64,000 bases of DNA, taken from the NCBI GenBank assembly GCA_024644015.1, contig JAHELV010000005.1, positions 13,297-77,296 of the forward strand. Reading direction: 5' to 3'. The DNA is from Nitriliruptorales bacterium (GTDB lineage Bacteria; Actinomycetota; Nitriliruptoria; Euzebyales; JAHELV01). Below are positions 9,800 through 19,212 of the stretch, in pieces (positions within the stretch are counted from its first letter, which is position 1; the number at the start of each line of letters is the position of its first letter). The translations under genes and the position numbers were made by a program. Under the pieces are notes generated by a model. It saw only the letters and a program-made list of their open reading frames with translations. It ran no database searches and was not told the origin of the DNA.

Positions 9800-10663
9800 T
9801 CAGGACGTAGGGGAGAAGTCCAGACCGACGTCGAGCGCCGGAGCGCTGTGCGTGACCCAGCCGACGGAGATCAAGTCGACGCCGCTCGCCGCGACGGCCC
9901 GGACCGTCGCAGACGTGACGCCGCCCGAGGCCTCGGTGATGATGCGCTCGGGTGTGCGGCGCACGGCGGCCGCGAGTGTCGCCGAGTCCATGTTGTCGAG
10001 CAGTACCGCGTCGATGTCGAGAGCGACCGCCTCCTCGAGTTGCTCGAGCGTGTCGACCTCGACCTCGATGTTGACCATGTGACCGACCCGGTCGCGGGCC
10101 CGTCCGACGGCCGCGGTGATGCCGCCGGCGACCGCGATGTGGTTGTCCTTGATCAGCACGCCGTCCGCGAGCCCGAAGCGATGGTCCATGCCGCCGCCGG
10201 CGCGTACCGCGTACCGCTCGAGCAGGCGCAACCCGGGAGTGGTCTTGCGCGTCGGCACGATCTGTGTCCGCTGGTCGTCGACGGCAGCCACGAGCGCAGC
10301 GGTTGCTGTGGCGATGCCGCTCAGGCGCCCGAGCAGGTTCAGCGCAACACGCTCGGCGGTCAGGATCGCACGTGCCGAGCCGCGGACGGTCGCGAGCACG
10401 GTGCGTGCTGTGACGTCGTTGCCGTCGCGGACATTGCGGTCGACGGTGATGTCGTCGTCGAGCAGGCCGAACGTGGCGGTGGCGACGTCGAGACCCGCGA
10501 CGCGGCCGGCGGTCCGTGCGACGACGTCGGCGCGCGCCGACGTCGCGGGGTCCACGATGGCGTCGGTCGTCAGGTCGCCGGCCGCACCCAGGTCCTCGGA
10601 CAACGCCGAGCGCAGCATGGGTAGATACTGCATCCTGTGCAACGGCGCGGGTGTGGCGCTCAT
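9800..10663 (-). CDS. nadC: nicotinate-nucleotide pyrophosphorylase (carboxylating)
   Basis: 287 aa. DLTTDAIV...ARTAGRVAGL...TRKTTPGLRLLERYAVRAGG...HR.GL.D..LIKDNH. The start overlaps the nadB stop by 4 nt (ATGA). Confidence 0.92.
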   Translation of the reverse strand: MSATPAPLHRMQYLPMLRSALSEDLGAAGDLTTDAIVDPATSARADVVARTAGRVAGLDVATATFGLLDDDITVDRNVRDGNDVTARTVLATVRGSARAILTAERVALNLLGRLSGIATATAALVAAVDDQRTQIVPTRKTTPGLRLLERYAVRAGGGMDHRFGLADGVLIKDNHIAVAGGITAAVGRARDRVGHMVNIEVEVDTLEQLEEAVALDIDAVLLDNMDSATLAAAVRRTPERIITEASGGVTSATVRAVAASGVDLISVGWVTHSAPALDVGLDFSPTS

Positions 10664-12303
10664 GACGCGAGCGCCGCGGCAGAGCGGCCGGATCCGGGCG
10701 CGGTCGCAACCAGCGGGTCGCTGCGGCCGGCCGCCGTTACGACGATGCGCGGTGCCGCCGGCAGGCTGCGTTCGGTGTCCTCCCGCCAGTGCGCCCCGCG
10801 GCGCTCGCGGTGCGCCAGCGCTGCCGTCGCGACCATCCGCCCGACCACCGCCAGCCAGCCGCCGGTGTGTGGCTGTGACAGGCTGCGCAGTTCGTCGAGC
10901 GCGGTCCGCAGACCCACGTCGCTGCGCACCACGCCAACGTGTGACGTCAGCACCTGCCGTACCCGACGCACGGCAGCGCTCGAGGGGGCGACCAGCAGCC
11001 GCGGGTCGATCGCGGTGACCGCTCGGGCGACGGCGTCAGCGCTCGGATGGCTCGCGACCCGCACCGCGCGGCCGACGCGTTCGCCGAACACGAGCGCCTC
11101 GAGCAGCGAGTTGCTGGCAAGCCGGTTCGCGCCGTGCGCGCCGGTGCAGGCGACCTCACCGCCGGCGTACAGCCCCGGCACGGTGGTCCACCCGTCGCGG
11201 TCGACCGCGACACCACCCATGTGGTAGTGGGCGGCGGGTGTGATCGGCACCGGCGTGACGGTCGGATCGAGTCCGTGGCGACGGCACGCTGCGACGGCGG
11301 CGGGGAAGCGGTGCACCAGGTCTTCGACCCGGCGTAGATCCAGCAGGACGCGCTGGCCGTCTTCCCGGCGTTGCCAGATCGCGCGAGCCACCACGTCGCG
11401 AGGTGCCAGTTCGGCGTCGGGGTGCACCGTGTCGAGAAAGCGCCGGCCGCGCGTGTCGAGCACGGCCGCGCCGGCGCCGCGCAGCGCTTCGCTCAGCAGC
11501 GGCAGCGGATCACCACCGCAGTCCAGCGCCGTGGGGTGGAACTGCAGGTACTGCAGGTCGACGAGTCGGGCGCCGGCATCGGCCGCGAGCACCAGGCCGC
11601 TGCCGCGAGATGCGCGCGGGTTGGTCGTGGCGCGCCAGGCGCCGGCGCACCCACCGGTGGCGAGCACGACGGCACCTGCGACGAACGCGACCAGGCCAGC
11701 GTGGCGCGCCGGCGGACCGGCCGTGCCGGTGCGGGCATGCGAACTGACAGAGGTGCCGGCGGCCACGCGCTGTGCGAGCGCGCCCACGACCGCACCGCGG
11801 TCGACGAGCAACGCCACGACCTTCATTCCCGCGAGTGCCGTGACGTGCGGTGCCACCGAGACCGCGGTCGCCAGCGCCCGGGTGATCTCTCGTCCGGTCC
11901 CGTCGCCGTTGGCGTGCAGGATGCGGTCCCGGCTGTGGCCGGCTTCGCGGCCGAGCAGCCAGCCTGTGCCGTCGCGGTCGAAGCGCGCGCCGAGGGCGTC
12001 GAGCCAGTCGACCGTGCCCGGGGCCGCCGCCGTGAGCAGGTCGACGATGGCCGGATCGTTGGCCTGACCGCCGACCGCGAGTGTGTCGACGGCGTGGGCC
12101 CGGGGCGAGTCGGCCCCGGCCACCGCCGCGGCGATGCCGCCAAGTGCCGCAGCGCTGGCACTTCCCGCGCCGACCTGCGCTTCCGTGAGCATCGTGACGC
12201 TGCGCCCCGCCGCGTGCAGCGCGGTCGACAGGCCGGCCGCGCCGGAGCCGATGACGACGACGTCGGTGTGGATGACGTCGGCGATCGTTGCGACGTCGCT
12301 CAT
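10660..12303 (-). CDS. nadB: L-aspartate oxidase
   Basis: ORF 10660..12708, but the conserved N-terminus [26 protein letters not shown] (FAD GxGxxG) starts at ATG 12303. That codon overlaps the nadA stop as TGATG. The upstream 135 codons overlap nadA and look non-coding. Confidence 0.92.
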   Translation of the reverse strand: MSDVATIADVIHTDVVVIGSGAAGLSTALHAAGRSVTMLTEAQVGAGSASAAALGGIAAAVAGADSPRAHAVDTLAVGGQANDPAIVDLLTAAAPGTVDWLDALGARFDRDGTGWLLGREAGHSRDRILHANGDGTGREITRALATAVSVAPHVTALAGMKVVALLVDRGAVVGALAQRVAAGTSVSSHARTGTAGPPARHAGLVAFVAGAVVLATGGCAGAWRATTNPRASRGSGLVLAADAGARLVDLQYLQFHPTALDCGGDPLPLLSEALRGAGAAVLDTRGRRFLDTVHPDAELAPRDVVARAIWQRREDGQRVLLDLRRVEDLVHRFPAAVAACRRHGLDPTVTPVPITPAAHYHMGGVAVDRDGWTTVPGLYAGGEVACTGAHGANRLASNSLLEALVFGERVGRAVRVASHPSADAVARAVTAIDPRLLVAPSSAAVRRVRQVLTSHVGVVRSDVGLRTALDELRSLSQPHTGGWLAVVGRMVATAALAHRERRGAHWREDTERSLPAAPRIVVTAAGRSDPLVATAPGSGRSAAALAS

Positions 12304-13271
12304 CAGCTGGCGGCCAGCATGCGATCCACGGCGCGACGGGCCCGGTCGGCCAGCGCCGGTTCGATCTCCACGGGGTACCGCAGGTGCTCGAGCGCGTCGG
12401 CGATGCCCTGCAGGGTGATGCGCTTCATGTGCGGACACAGGTTGCACGGGCGGACGAACTCGACATCGGGGTACTCGGCGGCGACGTTGTCGCTCATCGA
12501 GCACTCGGTGACCATGACCACGCGGGTGGGTCGCGTGCGTCCGACGTGTCTGATCATGCCCGAGGTCGAACCGACGAAGTCGGCCTCGGCCAGGACGTCG
12601 GGCGGGCACTCGGGGTGCGCGAGGATCTCGAGCCCGCCCCACGCGCGGCGGTAGGCGCGCAACTCGTCGGCGGTGAACCGCTCGTGGACCTCGCAATGGC
12701 CGGTCCACAGGACGAGGTCGACGTCGGTCTGCGTCGCGACCCAGCGACCCAGGTACTCATCGGGAAGGAAGATCACGCGGTCGACCCCGAGCGACTCGAC
12801 TATCTGGACCGCGTTGGCCGAGGTGCAGCAGATGTCGGACTCGGCCTTGACCTCCGCGGACGTGTTGACGTACGTCACGACGGGCACGCCGGGGTGGCGC
12901 TCGCGCAGCAGCCGGACGTCGGCTCCGGTGATCGACGACGCCAGTGAGCAGCCCGCCCGCAGGTCGGGGATCAGCACGGTCCGGGTCGGGTTGAGCAGCT
13001 TGGCGGTCTCGGCCATGAACTCCACACCGGCCATCACGATGACGTGCGCGTTGGTCTCGGCGGCCTGCCGGGCCAGGGCGAGCGAGTCGCCTGTGATGTC
13101 GGCAACGCCGTGGAAGATCTCCGGGGTCATGTAGTTGTGGGCGAGCACGATCGCGTCGCGCTCACCCTTGAGTCGCGTGATGCGTTCGACCAGCGGCGCG
13201 TGTGTCGACCATTCCGCCGGCGGCATGATGTGCAGCAGCGGCTGTGGCATCGGCGTGGCGGTCGCGGTCAT
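12303..13271 (-). CDS. nadA: quinolinate synthase
   Basis: Conserved AHNYM, FMAETAK and TSGMI-type motifs, with conserved Cys residues. The track start 13274 is TTG. The adjacent ATG at 13271 is preferred. Confidence 0.92.
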   Translation of the reverse strand: MTATATPMPQPLLHIMPPAEWSTHAPLVERITRLKGERDAIVLAHNYMTPEIFHGVADITGDSLALARQAAETNAHVIVMAGVEFMAETAKLLNPTRTVLIPDLRAGCSLASSITGADVRLLRERHPGVPVVTYVNTSAEVKAESDICCTSANAVQIVESLGVDRVIFLPDEYLGRWVATQTDVDLVLWTGHCEVHERFTADELRAYRRAWGGLEILAHPECPPDVLAEADFVGSTSGMIRHVGRTRPTRVVMVTECSMSDNVAAEYPDVEFVRPCNLCPHMKRITLQGIADALEHLRYPVEIEPALADRARRAVDRMLAAS

Positions 13272-13300
13272 CAAGACGCCTTCCCTCGGAGCGGCATGGA

Positions 13301-13344
13301 TATGCTATATGTGAGCATAAGCAATTGCTGCTTGTGAGCAGAAG
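13301..13344. promoter_or_regulatory. two tandem operator-like half-palindromic sites in the nrtR-nadA spacer (candidate NrtR boxes and nadABC promoter region)
   Basis: Site 1 is TATGCT-ATATGTG-AGCATA (13301-13319). Site 2 is CTGCT-TGTG-AGCAG (13328-13341). Aligned as 20-mers (ATGCTATATGTGAGCATAAG vs TTGCTGCTTGTGAGCAGAAG) they match at 15/20 positions and lie 23 bp apart. This is the most AT-rich patch of the region. Confidence 0.4.
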
Positions 13345-13453
13345 TTGGTGGCGGCGTACCGGCAGCACCCCAGCGGCATAGCACCACGACCTACCGCTGT
13401 CGCTACTCGAGGTCGCGCGAGCCGAGCGATGGCCTCCGGCACGCTACCGGTGC

Positions 13454-14425
13454 TCAGCTGCGGCGTGGCAGCCCGAGACCCGGCCGGGGACGCTCGAGCA
13501 CGACTTCCGGGCGAAAGCGGAACCGCTCCGCCGGGCGGCCACCCGTCTGTTCCTCGAACTCGCCGGTACCCTCCACGAACCGACCCCGCTCGACCAGGCG
13601 GCGGAAGTTCTGGGTGTGCAGGCTGACCCCGGCGAGCGCCTCGACGACCTGCTGGAGGCGGCGCAGCGTGAATGTCCGGGGCAGCAGCTCGAACACGACC
13701 GGACGGTAGGTCAGCTTGCCGCGCAGCCGACCCAGCGCGGTCGCCGCGATCCGCCGGTGATCCAGCGCGAGCGGTTCGCCCTGCCAGCGCCGGTCCAGAG
13801 CGGTCGACGGCACGGGGGCGCCGTCGGCGCCGCGATCCCGCTGGGCTTCGGGCACGAGGCCGGCCTCCCACAGCAGCTCGTACCGATCGAGGACGCGAAC
13901 GCCGTCCCACTCCGGATCGACGCCGAAGGCGATGTCGACGCGATCGCGTCGTCGTCGGCGGCATGCAGGATCTGGGTCGGCGTCGACCCAGGTTTCGAGC
14001 GCCGGTCGCAGGGCAGCGTCGAGGAACGGTGGTGCGCCGGCACGCCAATCCTCCCATGGCAGCAGGCCGTACCAGTCGATCCACTCGGCATCGCCACGCG
14101 CGGCTGTTGGCTGCACCAGCGCGAGATACGCCACCGACAGCGTCCGGGCGGTCTCATCGGGGTCCCTGCCGACATCGCCGAACGTGTAGAGCTGTTCGAC
14201 GTAGCCGAGCTCGAGCCCCGACTGCTCGCCGACCCAGCGTCGCAGTGCGCGGTCGAGGGTGCGGTCGTCGTCGCGCAGCAGGCCGTAGGGCAGTGCGGGT
14301 CGACCGTCGGCATGACGCACCGTGAGGACGCGTGGTGTGGTGTCGACGACGCTCACGATGACGGCGTTGAGGCGCAGCGTGGCGGGCGCTGCCACCGACC
14401 CGGTGCTGCGCCGCTCGACGTCCAC
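13454..14425 (-). CDS. nrtR: NrtR-like transcriptional regulator (Nudix-like domain plus C-terminal winged helix) of NAD metabolism
   Basis: 323 aa. The N-terminal Nudix-like fold (LNAVIVSVVD..RVLTVRH...GLLRDDDRTLDRALRRWVGEQSGLELGYVEQLYTFGD) lacks a clean Nudix box. The C-terminal region is wHTH-like. The gene sits directly upstream of nadA-nadB-nadC, as in known actinobacterial nrtR/ndnR operons. Confidence 0.75.
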   Translation of the reverse strand: MDVERRSTGSVAAPATLRLNAVIVSVVDTTPRVLTVRHADGRPALPYGLLRDDDRTLDRALRRWVGEQSGLELGYVEQLYTFGDVGRDPDETARTLSVAYLALVQPTAARGDAEWIDWYGLLPWEDWRAGAPPFLDAALRPALETWVDADPDPACRRRRRDRVDIAFGVDPEWDGVRVLDRYELLWEAGLVPEAQRDRGADGAPVPSTALDRRWQGEPLALDHRRIAATALGRLRGKLTYRPVVFELLPRTFTLRRLQQVVEALAGVSLHTQNFRRLVERGRFVEGTGEFEEQTGGRPAERFRFRPEVVLERPRPGLGLPRRS

Positions 14426-14582
14426 GGTGCTGCCCTCCTCAGTCGCGTCCCGCGCGATACGTGACGCTACCGGACGCCGGCGCGGGCAGCAGCATAAGCC
14501 GACGCGGCGCTACCGCCCGATCGACCGGGCGGGAGGCGGCGAGACGTTCCGGGAGACCGGACACCGTGACGTCGGACGGGAC

Positions 14583-15323
14583 TCAGTCCGTGTCGTTGCG
14601 ATCAGACAGGCGGTCCCCGGTCAAGAAGAACGTCAGGTGCCTGGCCATCTCCACCGCGTGGTCGGCGGCGCGCTCGTAGTACCGGGCGATCAGGCCCAAC
14701 GACACGGACTCCTCGATCGACTGCGCGCCCGTGTACAGCTCTGACAGCACCATCTTCTGCAGCAGGTCGGCCTGGTCGTCGTGGCGCTCGAGATCCTCGG
14801 CCGCGAGGGGATCGTGCTCGGTCCACGCTGTCGCGGCGTCGTTGAGCATGTCACCGGCGACCGCTCCGAGCTGGCGGATCGTGTCACGCAGCTCGAGGGC
14901 AAGGGACGGCGGATGCACCCACGACAGCGACTCGACGACGTGGGCCATGAGATTGCCTGTCCGCTGCACGTCGTTGACCGACCGCAGCACTGCGATGACA
15001 CGCCGCAGGTCCGTCGCGACCGGGCTCTGTGTCGCCAGCAGCAGGTATCCAGCCTCCTCGAGGGCGGTGCACTCGTGTGTCAGCCGCTTGTCCGCGTCGA
15101 TCAGCGCCGCCGCCGCGTGCGTGTCCGCCGCGAGGAACGCATCGGTGGTCGGCACCACGCGCTCGGCGGCGGCGCGCATCAGCTCGATCAGTTGGCGGTC
15201 CAGCTCCTCGAGCATGTCGTGCAGGCCGTGGCGCGCGGCACCCGGCTCCCTGCGCTCGGCTTCGAGCCGTCCGAGGGGATTGTTCGTCATCTTCCGTACA
15301 TCCGCTGACGTCTGTGAGTCCAT
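14583..15323 (-). CDS. phoU: phosphate signalling complex protein PhoU
   Basis: Two PhoU repeats are present (DLRRVIAVLRSVNDVQRTGNLMAHV and ...SLGLIARYYERAADHAVEMA). The start is placed at ATG 15323 (MDSQTSADV...). The track ORF extends to 15401. Confidence 0.88.
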   Translation of the reverse strand: MDSQTSADVRKMTNNPLGRLEAERREPGAARHGLHDMLEELDRQLIELMRAAAERVVPTTDAFLAADTHAAAALIDADKRLTHECTALEEAGYLLLATQSPVATDLRRVIAVLRSVNDVQRTGNLMAHVVESLSWVHPPSLALELRDTIRQLGAVAGDMLNDAATAWTEHDPLAAEDLERHDDQADLLQKMVLSELYTGAQSIEESVSLGLIARYYERAADHAVEMARHLTFFLTGDRLSDRNDTD

Positions 15324-15409
15324 GATGGCAGTGTGTCTACTGACCACAGTAACCGGCCGACGGCTCGATACACATCGCGGAGACGTCAGGTAGCCGGGCA
15401 CCAGCCACG

Positions 15410-16786
15410 GTGGAGCCCTGGTTCCACGAAACGCGTGGCCGACCGGCTGCGCGGGGCACCCTCATGGAGGTTGGTGAACGCAGTGCATCGATCGCGGGAC
15501 CTCACATGACGACGTGCGCGCCGACGGGCGATCTGCGACTGCTGGTGCGACCCGGGCACCCGGACTTCCTGGACCTTCCGTGGAAGCAGCCGCTCGACGA
15601 GTGGGACGACGAGCGCATCGTTGACGTCGCCGCGGGGATCCACCGCCACGTCGTGCGATTCGTCGACATCAACGGCGTGCTGTACGCACTCAAGGAGCTG
15701 CCACACCGGGTCGCCGAACGCGAGTACCGGGTGCTGCGACGGATGGCCGAGGAGCAGATGCCGGTCGTCGACGTTGCCGGCATCGTCCACCGCAGCGGCC
15801 TGGAGGACGTCGTCATCACGAAGTACCTGCAGTACTCCCTACCGTTCCGCGTGCTGTTCACCCACCGCCGGCCGGCCGCCGAGGAGGACTCCGACCCACA
15901 CAGCCTGACCGGTCTGCACCGGCGGCTGCTCGATGCGATGACGCTGCTGCTGGTGCGACTGCACCTCGCGGGGTTCTACTGGGGGGACTGCTCGCTGTCC
16001 AACACGCTGTTCCGGCGCGACGCGGGCGCGCTGGCGGCCTACATCGTCGACGTGGAGACCGGCGACTGGCACGCCGAGCTGAGCCCCGGGCAGCGTGCCG
16101 CCGACCTCGAGGTCGCACAGCTCAACGTCGCCGGCGGGCTCATGGATCTGCAGGCCCAACTGGACCTGCCGCCCGAGCCGGACCCCGTCGACATGGCCGA
16201 GCGGCTCGGACTGCAGTACGGGCGGCTGTGGTCCGAGTTGACCGAGGACGACGTGATCGGGGTCGACGAGCGCTACCGCATCGACGCGCGTCTGCGCCGG
16301 CTGAACGAACTCGGCTTCGATGTGGACGAGGTCGAGCTGGTGGCGACCGATGGCGGGCATCGGCTGCGGGTCCGAACCAGCGTGGCCGAGCAGGGGCATC
16401 ATCGCCGCCGGCTGTTCGAGCTGACAGGCCTGCACGTGCAGGAGAACCAGGCCCGTAGCCTGCTCAACGACCTCACCAACTTCCGCGCCGCCGTCGAGCG
16501 GCAGTCCGGCCGGCCGTTGCCCGAGGCGGTCGCCGCGTACCGCTGGCTCGACGAGGTGTACGGCAGGGTCGTCGCGGCGATCCCGCCGACGCATTCGGAT
16601 CGCCTCGAACCGGTCGAGGTCTTCCACGAGGTCATCGAGCACAAGTGGTACCTGTCGGAACAGCAGGGTGGCGACGTCGGTGTCGACCGCGCCCTCGACT
16701 CGTACCTGACCTCGGTCCTGCCGCGGTCCGCGGACGAGAAACAGCTGCGTTCCGACGCCAGCGACGGGTGGATCGGCTGGGGCTGA
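15410..16786 (+). CDS. DUF4032 protein with N-terminal Kdo/RIO-like kinase fold
   Basis: LDLPWKQPLDEW, then VLYALKEL (Lys), then HLAGFYWGDCSLSNTLF (catalytic D..N) and YIVDVETG (metal-binding D). The long C-terminal region is typical of DUF4032. The start is uncertain: GTG 15410, ATG 15464 or ATG 15506. Confidence 0.75.
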   Translation: MEPWFHETRGRPAARGTLMEVGERSASIAGPHMTTCAPTGDLRLLVRPGHPDFLDLPWKQPLDEWDDERIVDVAAGIHRHVVRFVDINGVLYALKELPHRVAEREYRVLRRMAEEQMPVVDVAGIVHRSGLEDVVITKYLQYSLPFRVLFTHRRPAAEEDSDPHSLTGLHRRLLDAMTLLLVRLHLAGFYWGDCSLSNTLFRRDAGALAAYIVDVETGDWHAELSPGQRAADLEVAQLNVAGGLMDLQAQLDLPPEPDPVDMAERLGLQYGRLWSELTEDDVIGVDERYRIDARLRRLNELGFDVDEVELVATDGGHRLRVRTSVAEQGHHRRRLFELTGLHVQENQARSLLNDLTNFRAAVERQSGRPLPEAVAAYRWLDEVYGRVVAAIPPTHSDRLEPVEVFHEVIEHKWYLSEQQGGDVGVDRALDSYLTSVLPRSADEKQLRSDASDGWIGWG

Positions 16787-16873
16787 CCGTCTTCGTCGGG
16801 CGGCGCGCATGGTTTCGTGGCCCCGCGCCGGGCGGTCGTCGTATGCTCGTCACACCCTCACAAGGAGTCGGAC

Positions 16874-17854
16874 GTGGCGCAACCGGATCGCGAACTGGCG
16901 CTTGAGCTCGTGCGGGCGACCGAGGTCGCCGCGTTGGCAGCTGGCCGCTGGATGGGCAATGCCAACAAGGAGGCCGGCGATCAGGCGGCCGTCGACGGCA
17001 TGCGCGAGATGCTCAACGAGGTTGCGATGGACGGGATCGTCGTGATCGGCGAGGGCGAGAAGGACGAGGCGCCGATGCTGTACAACGGCGAGCGGGTCGG
17101 GAACGGCTCGCCGCCGCTGGTCGACCTGGCCGTCGACCCCGTCGACGGCACGCGGCTGCTCGCAGAGGGCCGTCCCGGCGCCATCGCGATGATCGCCGTC
17201 GCGCCACGCGGAACGATGTTCGATCCCGGTCCGTGCGTCTACATGATGAAGTGGGTCGTGGGGGAGGAGGCCGTCGGCGCGATCGATCTGGACGCCAGCG
17301 TCGCTGACAATCTGACGGCCGTCGCCGCGGCCAAGCAGACCTCCGTGTCGAACCTGACCGTGATCATGCTCGACCGCCCGCGGCACGATGAGCTGGCCGC
17401 GCAGGTCAGGGAGACCGGCGCACGGTTGCGCTTCATCATGGACGGCGACGTGGGGGCCGCGCTGCTCGCGATGATGCCCGACCGTCCGTTCGACGTTCTG
17501 CTCGGCATCGGCGGCACCCCCGAGGGCGTCGCAACCGCCTGCGCCGTCAAGGCGCTGCGCGGCGAGATGGTCGGTCGTCTGTGGCCTCGCGACGAAGACG
17601 AACGGCGACGGGCGCTGGAGGCCGGCTACGACCTCGACGAGCAGTTGACCACCGACCGGCTGGTGCGCAGCGACAACACGTTCTTCGTCTGCACCGGTGT
17701 CACACCCGGCGAGCTGTGCGACGGCGTCACCTACGGCCGGCACGGCGCGACGAGCGAGTCGCTGGTCATGCGCGGCAGGTCCGGCACGGTGCGCTACGTC
17801 CAGGCGCGCCACTTGGCGGGCAAGCTCGAGCAGTACGGGATCGTCGCCCGCTAG
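16874..17854 (+). CDS. glpX: class II fructose-1,6-bisphosphatase
   Basis: ELALELVRATEVAALAAGRWMG...DQAAVDGMR...VVIGEGEKDEAPMLY. AAGGAG lies 6 nt upstream of in-frame GTG 16874. The track ORF starts at 16817. Confidence 0.92.
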   Translation: MAQPDRELALELVRATEVAALAAGRWMGNANKEAGDQAAVDGMREMLNEVAMDGIVVIGEGEKDEAPMLYNGERVGNGSPPLVDLAVDPVDGTRLLAEGRPGAIAMIAVAPRGTMFDPGPCVYMMKWVVGEEAVGAIDLDASVADNLTAVAAAKQTSVSNLTVIMLDRPRHDELAAQVRETGARLRFIMDGDVGAALLAMMPDRPFDVLLGIGGTPEGVATACAVKALRGEMVGRLWPRDEDERRRALEAGYDLDEQLTTDRLVRSDNTFFVCTGVTPGELCDGVTYGRHGATSESLVMRGRSGTVRYVQARHLAGKLEQYGIVAR

Positions 17855-18072
17855 CCGGGCCCGAAACCCCAGAACGGGGCAGCCTCCCCGGGCCGCCCCG
17901 ACGACCGGCCGGGCACCGCTCGACGCCGTTGTCGCCGTGCGGGTCAAGATCTGGCCACGCAGCATTCATCTCTTCGTCACTCGCAGGTCCGCCATCTGAC
18001 AGACAGCGACGGCATCAAGGGTGGCAGACAGGGCCGAGGGTTCGCGCCCGTAGCCCGGTCGGACCCGACGGA

Positions 18073-18094
18073 GTTCGACAGCCGTTCATCGCGA
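18073..18094 (+). promoter_or_regulatory. candidate PHO box (two 11-nt direct repeats) upstream of pstS
   Basis: GTTCGACAGCC-GTTCATCGCGA sits about 90 nt upstream of the pstS ATG. It resembles the GTTCACC-type 11-nt direct repeat units bound by actinobacterial PhoP/RegX3. A weaker triple unit, ATTCATCTCTT-CGTCACTCGCA-GGTCCGCCATC, lies at 17964-17996. Confidence 0.35.
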
Positions 18095-18183
18095 TGCCAC
18101 CGGTGCGCTATCTGGCGCACCTACGGTCGCGGTCGTATGCGGTCGGACAACACACCGTGACGCGACAGAGGAGACATGGGTGT

Positions 18184-19212
18184 ATGCGTGTGAACTGGCG
18201 ATTGACGGTCGGCCTGGTAGCGATCCTTGCGCTGCTGGCGACGGCCTGCGGTAGCGACAGTGCGACGGAGGACGCGCCCGCGCCGGAGGCCGGCGGCGAG
18301 GCGGCGGGATCGGAAGGCGGGTCCTCGGGTGGTGGGGACCTGTCGGGAGCGATCGAGGTCGACGGGTCGTCGACCGTCGGGCCGCTCACCGACGCCATCG
18401 CGGAGGAGTACGTGACCGTGCAGCCCAACGTGCAGGTCAACGTCGCGATCTCGGGCACCGGCGGAGGGTTCGAGCGGTTCTGCGGGGACGGCTCCACCGA
18501 CATCTCCAACGCCTCGCGTCCGATCAAGGACGAGGAGGCCCAACTGTGCGCGGACAACGGCATCGAGTTCACCGAGATCCGGGTCGGGACCGATGCGCTG
18601 ACGATGGTCACCAACCCCGACACCGAGGGGGTCGCCTGCCTGACCACCGTGGAGGTGACCAAGATCTTCGGTCCCGAGTCGGTCCGCAACTGGAGCGAGG
18701 TGAACCCCCAGTTCCCCGACGAGCAGATCCAGGTGTTCGCGCCGGACACCGATTCGGGCACCTATGACTTCATGGTCGAGGACGCGCTCGGCCTCGAGGC
18801 CTCGACGCAGGACTACAACGCGTCGGCTGACGACAACATCATCGCCCAGGGCGTCCAGGGCACGCCGTACTCGTGGGGCTTCTTCGGCTTCGCCTACTTC
18901 ACCAACAACCAGGACGGCCTGCAGGCGATCGAGTACGACGGCGGCGAGGGTTGCGTCGGGCCCAGCGTCGAGACCGCCCAGGACGACAGCTACAAGCTGA
19001 CCCGGCCGCTGTTCATCTACCTGAAGAACAGCGCCGTGCAGGACAAGCCGCAGGTCGCCGACTTCGCGCAGTACTACCTCGCGACGGTCAACGACGTGAT
19101 CGAGTCGGTCGGCTACATCCCCGCGCCCGACGACACGATCGCCGAGTCGCAGTCGACGCTCGACTCGCTGATCTCGGGTACCGGTGGTGGAACGTCGGAG
19201 GCCGCGTCGTAA
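18184..19212 (+). CDS. pstS: phosphate ABC transporter substrate-binding lipoprotein PstS
   Basis: ORF 17581..19212, but the signal peptide with lipobox MRVNWRLTVGLVAILALLATACGS starts at ATG 18184. The mature part has GSSTVGPL and ISGTGGGF.RF motifs. Confidence 0.92.
   Translation: MRVNWRLTVGLVAILALLATACGSDSATEDAPAPEAGGEAAGSEGGSSGGGDLSGAIEVDGSSTVGPLTDAIAEEYVTVQPNVQVNVAISGTGGGFERFCGDGSTDISNASRPIKDEEAQLCADNGIEFTEIRVGTDALTMVTNPDTEGVACLTTVEVTKIFGPESVRNWSEVNPQFPDEQIQVFAPDTDSGTYDFMVEDALGLEASTQDYNASADDNIIAQGVQGTPYSWGFFGFAYFTNNQDGLQAIEYDGGEGCVGPSVETAQDDSYKLTRPLFIYLKNSAVQDKPQVADFAQYYLATVNDVIESVGYIPAPDDTIAESQSTLDSLISGTGGGTSEAAS

Noticed and set aside
13275-13453. NAD+ (nadA-motif) riboswitch upstream of nadA
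   Set aside because: No tandem bulged-stem domains are recognisable. The presence of an NrtR-like regulator and DNA palindromes points to protein-mediated control instead.
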